Below are positions 30,085 to 40,091 of a DNA stretch of 64,000 bases, piece after piece. The first letter of the stretch is position 1, and every line of letters begins with the position of its first letter. The position numbers and the translations under genes are program-made. The DNA lies in contig JAHLLD010000003.1 of NCBI GenBank assembly GCA_020444325.1, positions 21,572 through 85,571 on the forward strand, read 5' to 3'. The notes beneath the pieces are model-generated. The model saw only the letters and a list, made by a program, of their open reading frames with translations, was not told where the DNA came from and did no database searches. This DNA is from a bacterium. Its GTDB lineage: Bacteria; Bacteroidota; Ignavibacteria; SZUA-365.

Positions 30085-30476
30085 GCGCCGGACTCCAGGC
30101 TTGTCCGGATACTGGTGATCAGGTCATCTTCTTTCCAGGGCTTGTGAAAGCATGCCTTGAGTGCTGCGTATTTTCGCGCGTTTTCGACGGCGGAATCGTC
30201 CGCCTGTCCCGTGAGCATGAACGTAATGATGGCGGGATGCCTGCGGTGCACATCGATGAGAAATTCGTCGCCTTTGACACCGGGCATCAACCAGTCAGAG
30301 ACGATAAGAAGTATCTCGACACCGTCGTCGACGAGTTCCTCGATAACCTCCCAGGCGTCTTCCGCATTTTCCGCGATTTCATACGCGTAACGGTCACCGA
30401 AGTGGTGCTTGAGCTGCGTGCGGAGACTGTTGAGTACGATGGGTTCGTCGTCCACGCAAAGGATGGCTTTCTTCAT
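30081..30476 (-). CDS. Stand-alone CheY-like response-regulator receiver
   Basis: Start at MKKAILCVDDEPIV; the ORF extends to 30521. DD...D-W-MPG...KPW motifs. Stop overlaps the start of the receiver-cyclase gene (ATGA). Confidence 0.8.
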   Translation of the reverse strand: MKKAILCVDDEPIVLNSLRTQLKHHFGDRYAYEIAENAEDAWEVIEELVDDGVEILLIVSDWLMPGVKGDEFLIDVHRRHPAIITFMLTGQADDSAVENARKYAALKACFHKPWKEDDLITSIRTSLESGA

Positions 30477-30646
30477 ACGGGCCTCGAGATGCGTCACGGA
30501 TAGTTCACCCGGAAGCATCATGCAGCAAATACATCATGTACCGGGGATTGTGGTAATAATATAGGGATTTCTCCCGTTTTACCCGCAGGGGAAATGGGAG
30601 ACCGGGAAGGATGTGTGCCCCGTCTGAAGCCTGTGATTTGTCCCTT

Positions 30647-31951
30647 TCAAAGCTGTAGATCTCCCGTCAATCGCTGCAGTTCGAGTGCGGCAATGCGTGC
30701 CTGGAAGAGGGCGACGATATATGCTGTTTCAGCTCTGACATATTGCAGCTGTGCATCGCGAAATTCTAGCGAGGTCGCCGAGCCACTGTCGTAGCGTTCG
30801 ATTTGCAGCGCAAGTCCGTCTTCGGCGGATTCGAGACTGCTGGTTTCCAGCTCCAGCGCCTGCATGCGGATGTCGAGGCTGCGCAATTGCCGTGATATTC
30901 GAGCGTCGAGACGCAGACGCGCCTCATCGAGTGCTGCTTCCGCACTGCGGCGTGCGAGAACGGCATTTTCCATGTCGGTGCTGTTGCGGAAACCATTGAA
31001 CAGATTAAACGAAAGCGAGAGTCCCACCGTGGCATCGGTACTCTGCGTGCTGATATCCCCGCTGAAGCGTTCGCTGTCATCGGTTCCCGTCAGCCTGTCC
31101 GAATACCCGTAATTGGCGAAGAGGTTCAGCCGCGGGAAGAAGGTAGACCGTGCGCTGGTGACGGAAGATTCAGCAACGCGGAGGTTCTGCTGACTGATGC
31201 GCAGTTCTGCGTTGCGTCGCCGTGCGCGCGCGAGCAGTTCTTCACGGTTGGAGGGAAGATCAGGTAAAGTGATTTCACGCTGAACGTCGAAGGGGGTGTC
31301 CGGGTCGCGTCCGAGAAGGATGTTGAGGTCCTGCTGTGCGATCAGCAGCTGAAGTTCCTGCTCCAGTACGGCACTTGAGTCGCTGTTGTATGCGATGCGG
31401 GCGTTGAGAAAGTCCATGGCTGAGCCGCCCAGTTCATTGCGAACCTTCTCCTTTTCAAAGCGCGTCCGGGAAATGCCGAGTACATGGCGCAGGGCATCGA
31501 GGATGCGTGCCTGCTGCACGACGGACATGTAGGAGGCGACGATGGAGACAACGGTATTCTCGATGTTGCCGCGGCTGCGCGCCTCGCCAAGTCGCGCGAG
31601 TTCATTGTAGCGGTTGTTCTCGGCGAACATTCGGAAACCGTCAAACAGTGTCCAGTTCAGTTCGAGCTGTGCCGCGGCGTTGCGCGTATTGGAATTCCCG
31701 AAACTGAAGGGAGAATTGGTTTCCTGTTCACTGCGGGCGAGCGACCAGTTTCCAACAGCGTCGAGTGTGGGTAAAAAACCCGCACTGCCACGCATCGTGT
31801 TGTTTTCCGCAATTTCCGCATCGTTACGGGCGATGCGGATACTGTAGTTGTTCTCGAGTCCCACTGCCACGGCGTCTTCGAGCGTCAGCAGATTCTGTGC
31901 GCGCAGGGTCGGCACAGCGAGCAGAAGAGTGAGGAGAATGCGGAGGGTCAT
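30647..31951 (-). CDS. TolC-like outer-membrane efflux channel of the RND pump
   Basis: 434 aa. Signal MTLRILLTLLLAVPTLRAQ; two-repeat TolC/OEP layout with coiled-coil segments. Confidence 0.8.
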   Translation of the reverse strand: MTLRILLTLLLAVPTLRAQNLLTLEDAVAVGLENNYSIRIARNDAEIAENNTMRGSAGFLPTLDAVGNWSLARSEQETNSPFSFGNSNTRNAAAQLELNWTLFDGFRMFAENNRYNELARLGEARSRGNIENTVVSIVASYMSVVQQARILDALRHVLGISRTRFEKEKVRNELGGSAMDFLNARIAYNSDSSAVLEQELQLLIAQQDLNILLGRDPDTPFDVQREITLPDLPSNREELLARARRRNAELRISQQNLRVAESSVTSARSTFFPRLNLFANYGYSDRLTGTDDSERFSGDISTQSTDATVGLSLSFNLFNGFRNSTDMENAVLARRSAEAALDEARLRLDARISRQLRSLDIRMQALELETSSLESAEDGLALQIERYDSGSATSLEFRDAQLQYVRAETAYIVALFQARIAALELQRLTGDLQL

Positions 31952-34900
31952 CGTACGTCCTCCTGTTTCGATGCGTAGACGATTTCTTGCAATGCGGGCT
32001 CCACGGCTTCAGGAGTGACATCGCTCTTGCGCAGAATATGCCGAGCGAAGAGGACGCGGAATTTGTTGAGGATGAGGAAACTCGATGGCAGCACCATCAG
32101 CAGGATAAAAGTGCCGAAGGCGAGTCCGTACGCGACGGAAACAGCCATGGGAATAAGGAACTGTGCCTGTCGGCTGGTTTCCAGGATGAGCGGTGCGAGT
32201 CCGAGAGAGGTGGTAAGCGTCGTCAGCAGAATGGGACGCAGACGCGATACGCCCGCAGTATGAACGGCATCCAGTATTTTCATCCCGTCACGAAGATTGC
32301 GGTTGATCTGATCGACGAAGACGATGCTGTCGTTGATGATGATACCGGCAAGGGCTATGATTCCATAAATGGAAAGCGTATTCAGCTGTATGCCGTGTAT
32401 CCCGTGTCCCCAGACCGAACCGAGTATGCCGAGGGGAATGATACCGAAGACGATTGCTGCCTGGGCATAGGAACGGAAGACCAGGATGACGAGGATGAAC
32501 ATTACGATCATGGCGACGGAAAATGCCGTGCGCATCGAGCGCATGGTCTTTTCCTGATTGCGTGACTGTCCTTCGAAGGAAGCGCGAACGCCGCTGACCT
32601 GTGCGAGGACGCCGGGAAGCACGTTGTCGCGTATATCGTCAAGAATCGGGGGGAGGTCGGCTTCAAAATCCGTCAAATTGGCTTCAACCTTGATTTCCCG
32701 CTGATTTTCGAGGCGATTGATGGAAATGATACCGCGTGCGATATCATATTCCGCCAGTTCGCTGAACGGATACTCGGCACCATCCGGCGTGCGTATACGC
32801 ATTCTGTCTATGAAACCGAGCGCTGAGCGGTCTTCTTCTGTATAGCGAACCCATACGCGGATTTCATCACGTCCACGTTGAATGCGCTGAACCTCCTGAC
32901 CGAAAAAGCCCTGGCGTACCTGGGAGGCGATGTCGCGGAGTGTGAGTCCGAGTGCGTAGGCGCGTGGTTTGAGACGAATGTCGATTTCCCGCCGGCCCTC
33001 CTGTTCGCTGTCGGTAACATCCTTGAGCGAAGGAAAGTCCTCGAGCTGCGCCACAAGCAGATCGCGCGCTTTGGTGAGCTGGTCGAGATTATTGCCGAGC
33101 AGACTGACGGAAACCGGTTTCCCGAAAAAGCCAATACGGCCATAGGTGAGCTTCTGCGCTTCCGGAATGGCACCCACCATGTCACGCAGCCTGTTCGCGA
33201 TCAACGGTGTGTCCATATTGCGCTCTTCGCCGGGAAGCAGCAGCAGGGTGAGGCGCCCGGTGTGGCTGCCCTGCTCTCCGAAATCATTGCTGCCGATGTC
33301 GCGCTTGACTCCGATGACGACGTCTTTGCCGTCGGGACGCTCCGCTTTGAGGGAATCGTTGAGAATCAGGGCTTTCTGCTCGATGTGACGGAGCAGTGAG
33401 TCTGTATCGGCTTCCTGCCGTCCCGCCACGAGCGTGAGATTCACCGGCAGCGTGTCACCGTCGATAAAGGGGAAAAAGGTGACGCCGATGAGTCCGCCCC
33501 GCAGCAATCCCAGTGTGATCATGACAGCAGCCACAGGGGTGACAACAGTCAGCCATTTGTGCCGCAATGCGAAATGCAGACTGCGTCCATACACATCGTT
33601 GGTCAGCCAGGTGATGAAGCCGTCGATACGCTGCCGTATGGGATTGTCCTGCGTATGTGGATGCAGTCCCTTCGAATGCGCAAGATGTGCCGGCAGAATG
33701 GTGAAGGCTTCGAGCAGGGAGAACCCGAGTGTGGCAATGACCACAAGCGCCATATGCCAGATAAATTTTCCGAGGAAACCATCGAGGAAAAAGAAAGGCA
33801 GAAAGGCGACAATGGTTGTGGCGATGGATGTCGTGACGGGACCGACCATTTCGATGGTGCCATCAATTGCGGCTTTGAGCGCGGGTTTGCCCCGCTCATA
33901 GTGCGCGTAAATGTTTTCTCCGACCACGATAGCGTCATCGACAAGGATACCGACGACGACAATCATACCGAACAGGGAAATGACATTGATGGTGATGCCC
34001 GCGAGTCCGGCAATGATGAACATGCCGCCGAAGGAGAAGGGAATACCGACGGAGACCCAGAAGGAGAGACGCAGGTTGAGGAAGAAACCGAGAGAAATGA
34101 TTACCAGCAGGAGTCCGATAAGACCATTGTTGATCAGCAGGGACAGTCGCTGGCGGAGAGAAACCGTATTGTCGTCGAGCACTTCCGCCTGCACTTCACG
34201 GTGCTCGGCATTGAATTCGCTGACAATGTTTTTCGCGGCCTCGGCGACGGCGAGAATGTCTTCTTCCCGTGTCTTGTCGATGTTGATGACCACTGCGGTA
34301 CGATCGTTGAAATACGATTTGTCGGGCACATCCTCCCAGCGTTCTTTCAGTTGGGCGACATCCTTCAGGTAGATAATGGTGCCGTCGTCGTTGCCGCGTA
34401 CAACGAGATTCGCCAGTTCGCGGGCGAAATATTCACGCGCATTGGCACGAATGAGAATTTCCTCGTCTTTCGTATCGATCTTTCCGCCTGAAAGATTGAT
34501 GTTTTCCGCTCCGACGGCCGCGGCGACTTCACTGAAGCTGAGATTGTAGCGGCGCAGATCCGCTTCCGAAACTTCCAGAGAAAATTCCAGGCGCGGGACG
34601 CCTTCAATGGCGACCTGCGAGATTTCCGGTGTGGCGAGCAGCTCGTCGCGCATGCGCTCGCCGTAATACTTGAGATTGTAGAGGTCGGTTTTGCCGTAGA
34701 GTACGATACTCAGTGCGCGGCTGCGGAATTTCTGCTCGAAGATCACCGGCTTTTCACTGCCGATGGGGAAGGAGTTGATGCGGTCGACGGAGTTCTTTAC
34801 ATCGCGGAGCACGTTATCCATGTCCGCTTCCGCAGTGATTTCCACCGTCACTGTACCAAAATTTTCACGGGATACTGAGGTGACCCGCTCGATGCCCTCG

Positions 34901-35124
34901 AGTCCGTCAATCGACTCTTCGATTTTGAGGACGACACCTTCCTCGACTTCCTCAGGAGATGCGCCGGGATAGGCAACCTGCACGTTGATGAAATCGGGCC
35001 GCGTTTCAGGGAAGAAGCTGTATTTCATGTTGAGGAAAAACAGCAGTCCGAACAGCAGCGTACTGAAGAGAAGGACATTCGTCCACACTTTGTAGCGGAC
35101 GAAAAACGCTATGATGTTCTTCAT
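31948..35124 (-). CDS. RND efflux transporter permease subunit (AcrB/CzcA superfamily)
   Basis: 1058 aa. 12 TM helices with two large periplasmic loops, typical RND length and motifs. Overlaps both neighbours by 4 bp. Confidence 0.9.
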   Translation of the reverse strand: MKNIIAFFVRYKVWTNVLLFSTLLFGLLFFLNMKYSFFPETRPDFINVQVAYPGASPEEVEEGVVLKIEESIDGLEGIERVTSVSRENFGTVTVEITAEADMDNVLRDVKNSVDRINSFPIGSEKPVIFEQKFRSRALSIVLYGKTDLYNLKYYGERMRDELLATPEISQVAIEGVPRLEFSLEVSEADLRRYNLSFSEVAAAVGAENINLSGGKIDTKDEEILIRANAREYFARELANLVVRGNDDGTIIYLKDVAQLKERWEDVPDKSYFNDRTAVVINIDKTREEDILAVAEAAKNIVSEFNAEHREVQAEVLDDNTVSLRQRLSLLINNGLIGLLLVIISLGFFLNLRLSFWVSVGIPFSFGGMFIIAGLAGITINVISLFGMIVVVGILVDDAIVVGENIYAHYERGKPALKAAIDGTIEMVGPVTTSIATTIVAFLPFFFLDGFLGKFIWHMALVVIATLGFSLLEAFTILPAHLAHSKGLHPHTQDNPIRQRIDGFITWLTNDVYGRSLHFALRHKWLTVVTPVAAVMITLGLLRGGLIGVTFFPFIDGDTLPVNLTLVAGRQEADTDSLLRHIEQKALILNDSLKAERPDGKDVVIGVKRDIGSNDFGEQGSHTGRLTLLLLPGEERNMDTPLIANRLRDMVGAIPEAQKLTYGRIGFFGKPVSVSLLGNNLDQLTKARDLLVAQLEDFPSLKDVTDSEQEGRREIDIRLKPRAYALGLTLRDIASQVRQGFFGQEVQRIQRGRDEIRVWVRYTEEDRSALGFIDRMRIRTPDGAEYPFSELAEYDIARGIISINRLENQREIKVEANLTDFEADLPPILDDIRDNVLPGVLAQVSGVRASFEGQSRNQEKTMRSMRTAFSVAMIVMFILVILVFRSYAQAAIVFGIIPLGILGSVWGHGIHGIQLNTLSIYGIIALAGIIINDSIVFVDQINRNLRDGMKILDAVHTAGVSRLRPILLTTLTTSLGLAPLILETSRQAQFLIPMAVSVAYGLAFGTFILLMVLPSSFLILNKFRVLFARHILRKSDVTPEAVEPALQEIVYASKQEDVR

Positions 35125-36263
35125 TCGCTCTCCTCTTCGGAGGCGGTGAGGCGGGCGCTGGCGGGCATACCCGGGGAAACTCCCTGCAGCAATTCTGTTA
35201 CGAGGGTGTCACCGTCGGACAGGCCTTCATCGATGACGACATGCTCCGGATTCCGGCGTACGATATGCACGTCTCGCATATGCAGTGCCCCGTTGTCGAC
35301 GATATAGACGTAGCGCTCTTCATACAGTGCGCGTCGGGGAATCTCCGTTCCCACTTCGACATCGCGTCCCGGAATATTCGCTTCCATGAACATCCCTTCA
35401 AACAACGCCGCACCAGCGGCCTCAACGGAAACGTACACCGGGATGGTCTGTGTGCGCTGATCCACCGCGCTTCCGATGCGCGTGATGCGTCCCTTCCAGG
35501 TCCCTGTGCTCTCTTTCGCCGTGAGTGAAACCGGGCGCGTGCGATCAATCCAGGGAATATCGGAAGCCGGTACGGGCACTTCGAGTTCGAGGTCGCTGAG
35601 ACTGATGACCTCTCCGAGCACGGAACCCGCTCGGGCAGTAGATCCCACGCGCAGGGCAGTGCTTACGATCGCGCCATCGAAGGGGGCGATGATCGTGTGC
35701 TTTTCGAGAGTGATTTCCTGGTTTCGCGCCGCATAGTAAAGCTTGTATACGTTGAATCGGGTCAGCAGCAGCTTGATTTTCCTGTTCTGTGCCTCAGGGA
35801 GTTCGCCGAGCGACGCATCGAAACCGCAGGAATCGAAGTACGACTGCCAGACATTGTAGTGTTCCGGATAATCCACCTTGATTTCCGGGAGCACACCGGC
35901 AAGAGCATTGAGAAAGTCGCTTTTCGTGCTGTTGAGCGTCAGCGCGACCTGCCTGTCGTCGATGCGCAGAAGCACGTCTCCGCGGCTGAAACGGGCACCG
36001 GGTTTGAACGCAACATCACCTTTCTGCAGCACGCCGCCGACTTCACTGACAAGCTGCACGGGCTCGGAAGACGTCAGCTTCCCGAGCGCGACAATGCTGG
36101 TCGGGGTCTGCGTCATGTGAATGACACGCGCGCTCACGGATTTCGGGGGCTTCTGTGCGTTCCGGCGTGCGGGTTCTTCCTTCATGCCGGCAAGCAGCTG
36201 CATGATGAGAAAGCCCGCGGCCAGGATGACGACGGGGAGGATGTAAAAGAGCTTTTTGTTCAT
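35121..36263 (-). CDS. RND efflux periplasmic adaptor (membrane fusion protein)
   Basis: 380 aa. N-terminal anchor, lipoyl/beta-barrel hairpin pattern; first gene of the adaptor-pump-channel operon. Confidence 0.8.
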   Translation of the reverse strand: MNKKLFYILPVVILAAGFLIMQLLAGMKEEPARRNAQKPPKSVSARVIHMTQTPTSIVALGKLTSSEPVQLVSEVGGVLQKGDVAFKPGARFSRGDVLLRIDDRQVALTLNSTKSDFLNALAGVLPEIKVDYPEHYNVWQSYFDSCGFDASLGELPEAQNRKIKLLLTRFNVYKLYYAARNQEITLEKHTIIAPFDGAIVSTALRVGSTARAGSVLGEVISLSDLELEVPVPASDIPWIDRTRPVSLTAKESTGTWKGRITRIGSAVDQRTQTIPVYVSVEAAGAALFEGMFMEANIPGRDVEVGTEIPRRALYEERYVYIVDNGALHMRDVHIVRRNPEHVVIDEGLSDGDTLVTELLQGVSPGMPASARLTASEEESE

Positions 36264-36450
36264 GCGCGAAACTCTCGCAATGCGATAACAGGATTGTGAT
36301 TATGCCGGGGCTGCGGCACAGAAAAAGAGAACAACGGAAACAGGGGAAAGGGTTTCATGAGGTGGGGGAAGTGGAAGGGAAATCGTACATCAATACCACG
36401 GCAGTGAACGCGCGACAGCCGGGTAAAAAAGGTGCGGTACGATTTCGGGA

Positions 36451-36897
36451 TCAGGCCCAGTATCTGCGTGTCAGCCAGCGATCGAATGACAGCGAACCGC
36501 TGCCCATGACGAGAACGATGAGTCCGAGTCCCATCGCCAGCAGGTGGTATTCCCAGCCTTCGCCTTCCTGCATGCCCGACCAGTTCATGAAGAAACCGAA
36601 ATCGATATGCTTGAGCAGGACGGCTCCCAGCATGGTGATCATGATGGAGCCCGCCATGAAGCGGCTGAACACCCCGAAAATGAGCAGCAGGGCACCGATG
36701 GATTCAGAGGCGATGACCAGCACGCCGAAAACTGGCGGGATGCCAATACTCTCGAGAGCATCGAGTGAAGCGATCAGACCTTTCCCCCCGAACATGCCGA
36801 GTGTTTTCTGCAGCCCATGCGGAAGGATGGCGCATCCGAGTATTACACGCGCGAGGAGTCCTGCTGCATGACTGTCCGTATAAATGATCTGTGCCAT
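36451..36897 (-). CDS. DoxX-family membrane protein
   Basis: 148 aa, 4 TM helices, DoxX-like N-terminus (LLARVILGCAILPHGLQK). Confidence 0.7.
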   Translation of the reverse strand: MAQIIYTDSHAAGLLARVILGCAILPHGLQKTLGMFGGKGLIASLDALESIGIPPVFGVLVIASESIGALLLIFGVFSRFMAGSIMITMLGAVLLKHIDFGFFMNWSGMQEGEGWEYHLLAMGLGLIVLVMGSGSLSFDRWLTRRYWA

Positions 36898-36959
36898 GGA
36901 ATACCCTGCTGCTGGTGTACTGACCGAAAAAACGGTTTATGCGTGCGAGCACTCAGGGA

Positions 36960-37580
36960 TCACATGGTCCCTTCGCCGGTGGACGGCGCCGGAGGAGCGT
37001 TGTCCATCTCCATGTGATCGGAAGGAGGCGCAGGTGGCAGATCTTCTGAGGGCTTGGACTCGACAATGCCTTTCAGCGTCGTGAGTCCATGTTCGAACTG
37101 GGGACCGAGCTGCTGATCTATGAAGAGTCCGAACCACCGTTCGAGAGGCCAACCGAGAGTGCCTTCGTCCGTCCACGTAAGCTTCGTCCCGCCTTCTTCG
37201 GGCTCGAACATCCAGGTGTCGTATGATGTCATTTCATACGGGGCGGTGAAATCCACACGACTTTGTATTTCCCTCGGAGCCTGTACGTCGGTAAATGTCA
37301 GCGTCCCTGCCCCGATCACCTTGCCGTCCCAGCTCAATACCGCTCCAGCGCCGCGACCCGGATCGGAGTAGCTGAAATCCGCCTGGGGATCCTGCTCCTG
37401 CCAGGGACTCCATTTATCCCAATGCTCAAAGTTCGCAACATACTCGAACACGGTTGCCGGTTGTGCATTTATGACGACGCTGCGTTCGACCCTGTATTCC
37501 GACGGCAGAAACGCCGCGATAACCAGCAGCAGTCCCAGAATACCAATAATGGCGATGAGAAGAATTTTCAGTGCTTTCAT
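36960..37580 (-). CDS. Membrane-anchored SRPBCC (polyketide cyclase/AHSA1-like) domain protein
   Basis: Start at MKALKILLIAIIGILGLLLVIAAF (internal to the 285-aa ORF). Then SEYRVERSVVINAQPATVFEYVANFEHWDKWSPW, typical of the SRPBCC fold. Pro-rich C-terminal tail. Confidence 0.55.
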   Translation of the reverse strand: MKALKILLIAIIGILGLLLVIAAFLPSEYRVERSVVINAQPATVFEYVANFEHWDKWSPWQEQDPQADFSYSDPGRGAGAVLSWDGKVIGAGTLTFTDVQAPREIQSRVDFTAPYEMTSYDTWMFEPEEGGTKLTWTDEGTLGWPLERWFGLFIDQQLGPQFEHGLTTLKGIVESKPSEDLPPAPPSDHMEMDNAPPAPSTGEGTM

Positions 37581-37847
37581 CGGAACCTCGACAATGTGTA
37601 AAAGGGCGGGTCCCACATGGGGACGAACGGCATCGCTCTGTGGTGGTATCTGGCTGCGATGCGAATACGACGGGGTAGACAGAGGGAATGTAGCGGTCAG
37701 GGCGGAGGAGTGCAAATCATCGCAGAGAAACAAGTCTATGTTTCTTTTGAAGAAAATAGTATCTTTTTTAGGCCCTCCCCAAGCAAAGGATCTTTGCCTA
37801 TGCATGTATTGACACATTCTTCACCCTCCGAAGTTCAATTCACACGT

Positions 37848-38699
37848 ATGAAGCGTTTCATTTTTCCTTTCGTATTGGCGGTCGTTATGCTTTTTGCAGC
37901 ACCGGCCGCGATGGCTCAGCTGTGGCCGCAGGACGGTGGGTACACCTATATGCGGCTGGGACTGCAGGGATTTCAGGGCAATGGTTATCACAATCTGACG
38001 GGCGAAGAACTCCCGTTGCAGCGCCTTGAAGAAAGCACATGGAAATTTTACAGCGAGTATGGCTATTCCCGCTTCGTCACCGGTATTGTGAGTCTGCCCG
38101 CGTACCGCACACTGCTCGTGCAGGAAAATGTCGATTCCCCCGTGCAGCGGGTGGAGGCTCCCGGTGATATCGAGCTGGGCCTTCGTATCGGCATCTGGCC
38201 TGGAGATCACGATGTCATTTTGCTCTCCGGTATCTTCGGCATTCCCATCGGGGAAACCGCCAGTGAGGCGGGACTGTGGTCGGGAGACGACGAATATGAT
38301 CAGGCAGTGATGCTGGGATATGGTCATGAGTTCGCAGAGCTGCACGCGCACGTGGTCGTGCAGGGCGGGTACCATTTCCGCAATGACGGCTACAGCGACG
38401 AGATCATGTACGAGGGTGAACTGCAGTATCACCCATGGTCGTTTCTCGAAGTGCTGTTCCGCGTGCGCTACCTCGAATCGCAGGAAAATGGCGACCCGGC
38501 ATTTTCTGGCGGCCGCTACGGATTCGGGAGCAACAACCGGCGTTTCCTTCGCTTCGGCCCCGAACTCTCCCTGTGGGTGACCGACAGTTTTGGCGTGCTT
38601 GCGTCGGTTTCGTCACTCTCGGGTGCGCAGAACATGCCATCCGCCCTGCAGTTCTCCACCGGGGTCTTCCTGTCCGTCGCCCCGACCAGGAGGAAGTAG
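37848..38699 (+). CDS. Hypothetical secreted/outer-membrane beta-strand-rich protein
   Basis: Signal MKRFIFPFVLAVVMLFAAPAAMAQ at an internal ATG of the 360-aa ORF. Alternating hydrophobic pattern; no recognisable catalytic motif. Confidence 0.45.
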   Translation: MKRFIFPFVLAVVMLFAAPAAMAQLWPQDGGYTYMRLGLQGFQGNGYHNLTGEELPLQRLEESTWKFYSEYGYSRFVTGIVSLPAYRTLLVQENVDSPVQRVEAPGDIELGLRIGIWPGDHDVILLSGIFGIPIGETASEAGLWSGDDEYDQAVMLGYGHEFAELHAHVVVQGGYHFRNDGYSDEIMYEGELQYHPWSFLEVLFRVRYLESQENGDPAFSGGRYGFGSNNRRFLRFGPELSLWVTDSFGVLASVSSLSGAQNMPSALQFSTGVFLSVAPTRRK

Positions 38700-39487
38700 T
38701 GCATCGCAGGCGCATCCCTGTTCACCTGATTTTTCTTTTGTCTGCTTTCGTCATTCCTCTGCTGCAGCCAGCGGTATCGCTCGCGCAGGAGAGTGGGGGC
38801 TGGGACAGCGTCAGTGATCGAAGCGGTGCGCCTGATCACACGGACTTCGACATGCTCTGTGGATTGCTTGTCGATGCGCAGGGAAACGTCCGTTATGAGG
38901 GGTTTCGCGTTCCTGCGTTCGAACGCTATGTGGCTGAACTCGGCAGCGTGCAGCTTGAGCAGCTTGGAGAAGATGCGCAGCTGGCCACCGCACTCAATGC
39001 CTACAACGCCTTTGTTATTCTCAACGTCATTCGCCACTGGCCGCTGGCTTCAGTGATGGATGTGCCGAATTTCTTTGATGAGCAGCGGTTTCTTTTCGGC
39101 GGACGTATGCGTTCGCTTCGCGAGATCGAGGATGCCATCCTGCGTCCCCTCGCCCCGGTGCTGTCACATTTCGCCACCTGTTCCGCGGCGAAGAGTTCGC
39201 CCCGCCTCACCCGCCACGCATACGCTGCCGGAGATGTCCGGGAACAGCTCCGCCGCCAGGCACGACGTTATTTTGCCGATACGGCATCGGTGCGCCTCGA
39301 CAGAGAGGAAGGCGTGTTGTATCTGTCCATGATTTTTCGCTGGTTTCGAAAGGATTTTACGACAGTGTACGGGTCGCTGCGTCAGCTGGCACTGCGCTAT
39401 CTGCCGCAGGACGATGCGCAATGGTTTGCTGCGCATGAGGCGGAAATCCGCTACATGCCGTGGGACTGGTCGCTGAACAGCCGCTGA
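38699..39487 (+). CDS. Secreted DUF547-family protein
   Basis: GTG start overlapping the upstream TAG (tagtg), after AGGAGG. Signal peptide ...LIFLLSAFVIPLLQPAVSLAQ. DUF547-like blocks LATALNAYNAFVILNVIRHWP, SLREIEDAILRPL and LSHFATCSAAKSSPRL. Confidence 0.6.
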   Translation: MHRRRIPVHLIFLLSAFVIPLLQPAVSLAQESGGWDSVSDRSGAPDHTDFDMLCGLLVDAQGNVRYEGFRVPAFERYVAELGSVQLEQLGEDAQLATALNAYNAFVILNVIRHWPLASVMDVPNFFDEQRFLFGGRMRSLREIEDAILRPLAPVLSHFATCSAAKSSPRLTRHAYAAGDVREQLRRQARRYFADTASVRLDREEGVLYLSMIFRWFRKDFTTVYGSLRQLALRYLPQDDAQWFAAHEAEIRYMPWDWSLNSR

Positions 39488-39554
39488 TCGCCCTGAATCG
39501 TGAAGATTGGGGTTTGCGGTTGCGCTGAATTCAGAATAAGTTGGATGGGCTGAT

Positions 39555-40091
39555 ATGGGACGATTGCTTCTGCCCCTTCTGCGCGCTTATGAAGTCGCTG
39601 AGGGTTTTCTCGCCGGAAACTATCCGGGACACGGGGATATTGAGGTCGCACGACAAAAACTTCGCACGATTGTCGATCTCGGTGTGACATCCATCGTCAA
39701 CCTCATGGAAGAGGATGAGATGCACTGGCGCGGGGGAAGCATACGCCCGTATGGCGATCTACTGGAAGAATTGCCTGGAAACCCTCCGGTCATGCACCGT
39801 TTCCCTGTCATCGACATGCAGATCCCCTCCGTCCAGCACATGAAGGCAATTCTCGATCATATCGACGAAGTACTTGCATGCGATGATATTCTGTATCTGC
39901 ACTGCCTCGGGGGAGTGGGACGCACCGGTACTGTCGTGGGCTGCTGGCTCGCGCGCCACGGTATCGCCACCGGTGAGGCTGCCCTGACAGAAATCTCCCG
40001 CCTGCGAGAGTACGATCCCATGCTCGACATGCCATCCCCGCAAACCGAGCAGCAGTGTCAGATGGTCCGGTCATGGGTTGAGGGGGCATGA
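39555..40091 (+). CDS. Dual-specificity/tyrosine protein phosphatase (CX5R)
   Basis: 178 aa. Active-site loop HCLGGVGRTGT. Stop overlaps the start of the AddB-like gene (ATGA). Confidence 0.75.
   Translation: MGRLLLPLLRAYEVAEGFLAGNYPGHGDIEVARQKLRTIVDLGVTSIVNLMEEDEMHWRGGSIRPYGDLLEELPGNPPVMHRFPVIDMQIPSVQHMKAILDHIDEVLACDDILYLHCLGGVGRTGTVVGCWLARHGIATGEAALTEISRLREYDPMLDMPSPQTEQQCQMVRSWVEGA

Noticed and set aside
33559-34491. 310-aa acidic ORF antisense to the RND pump gene
   Set aside because: Embedded in an unambiguous 1058-aa RND transporter; composition bias (Asp/Glu-rich) reflects the complement of the hydrophobic TM-encoding region.
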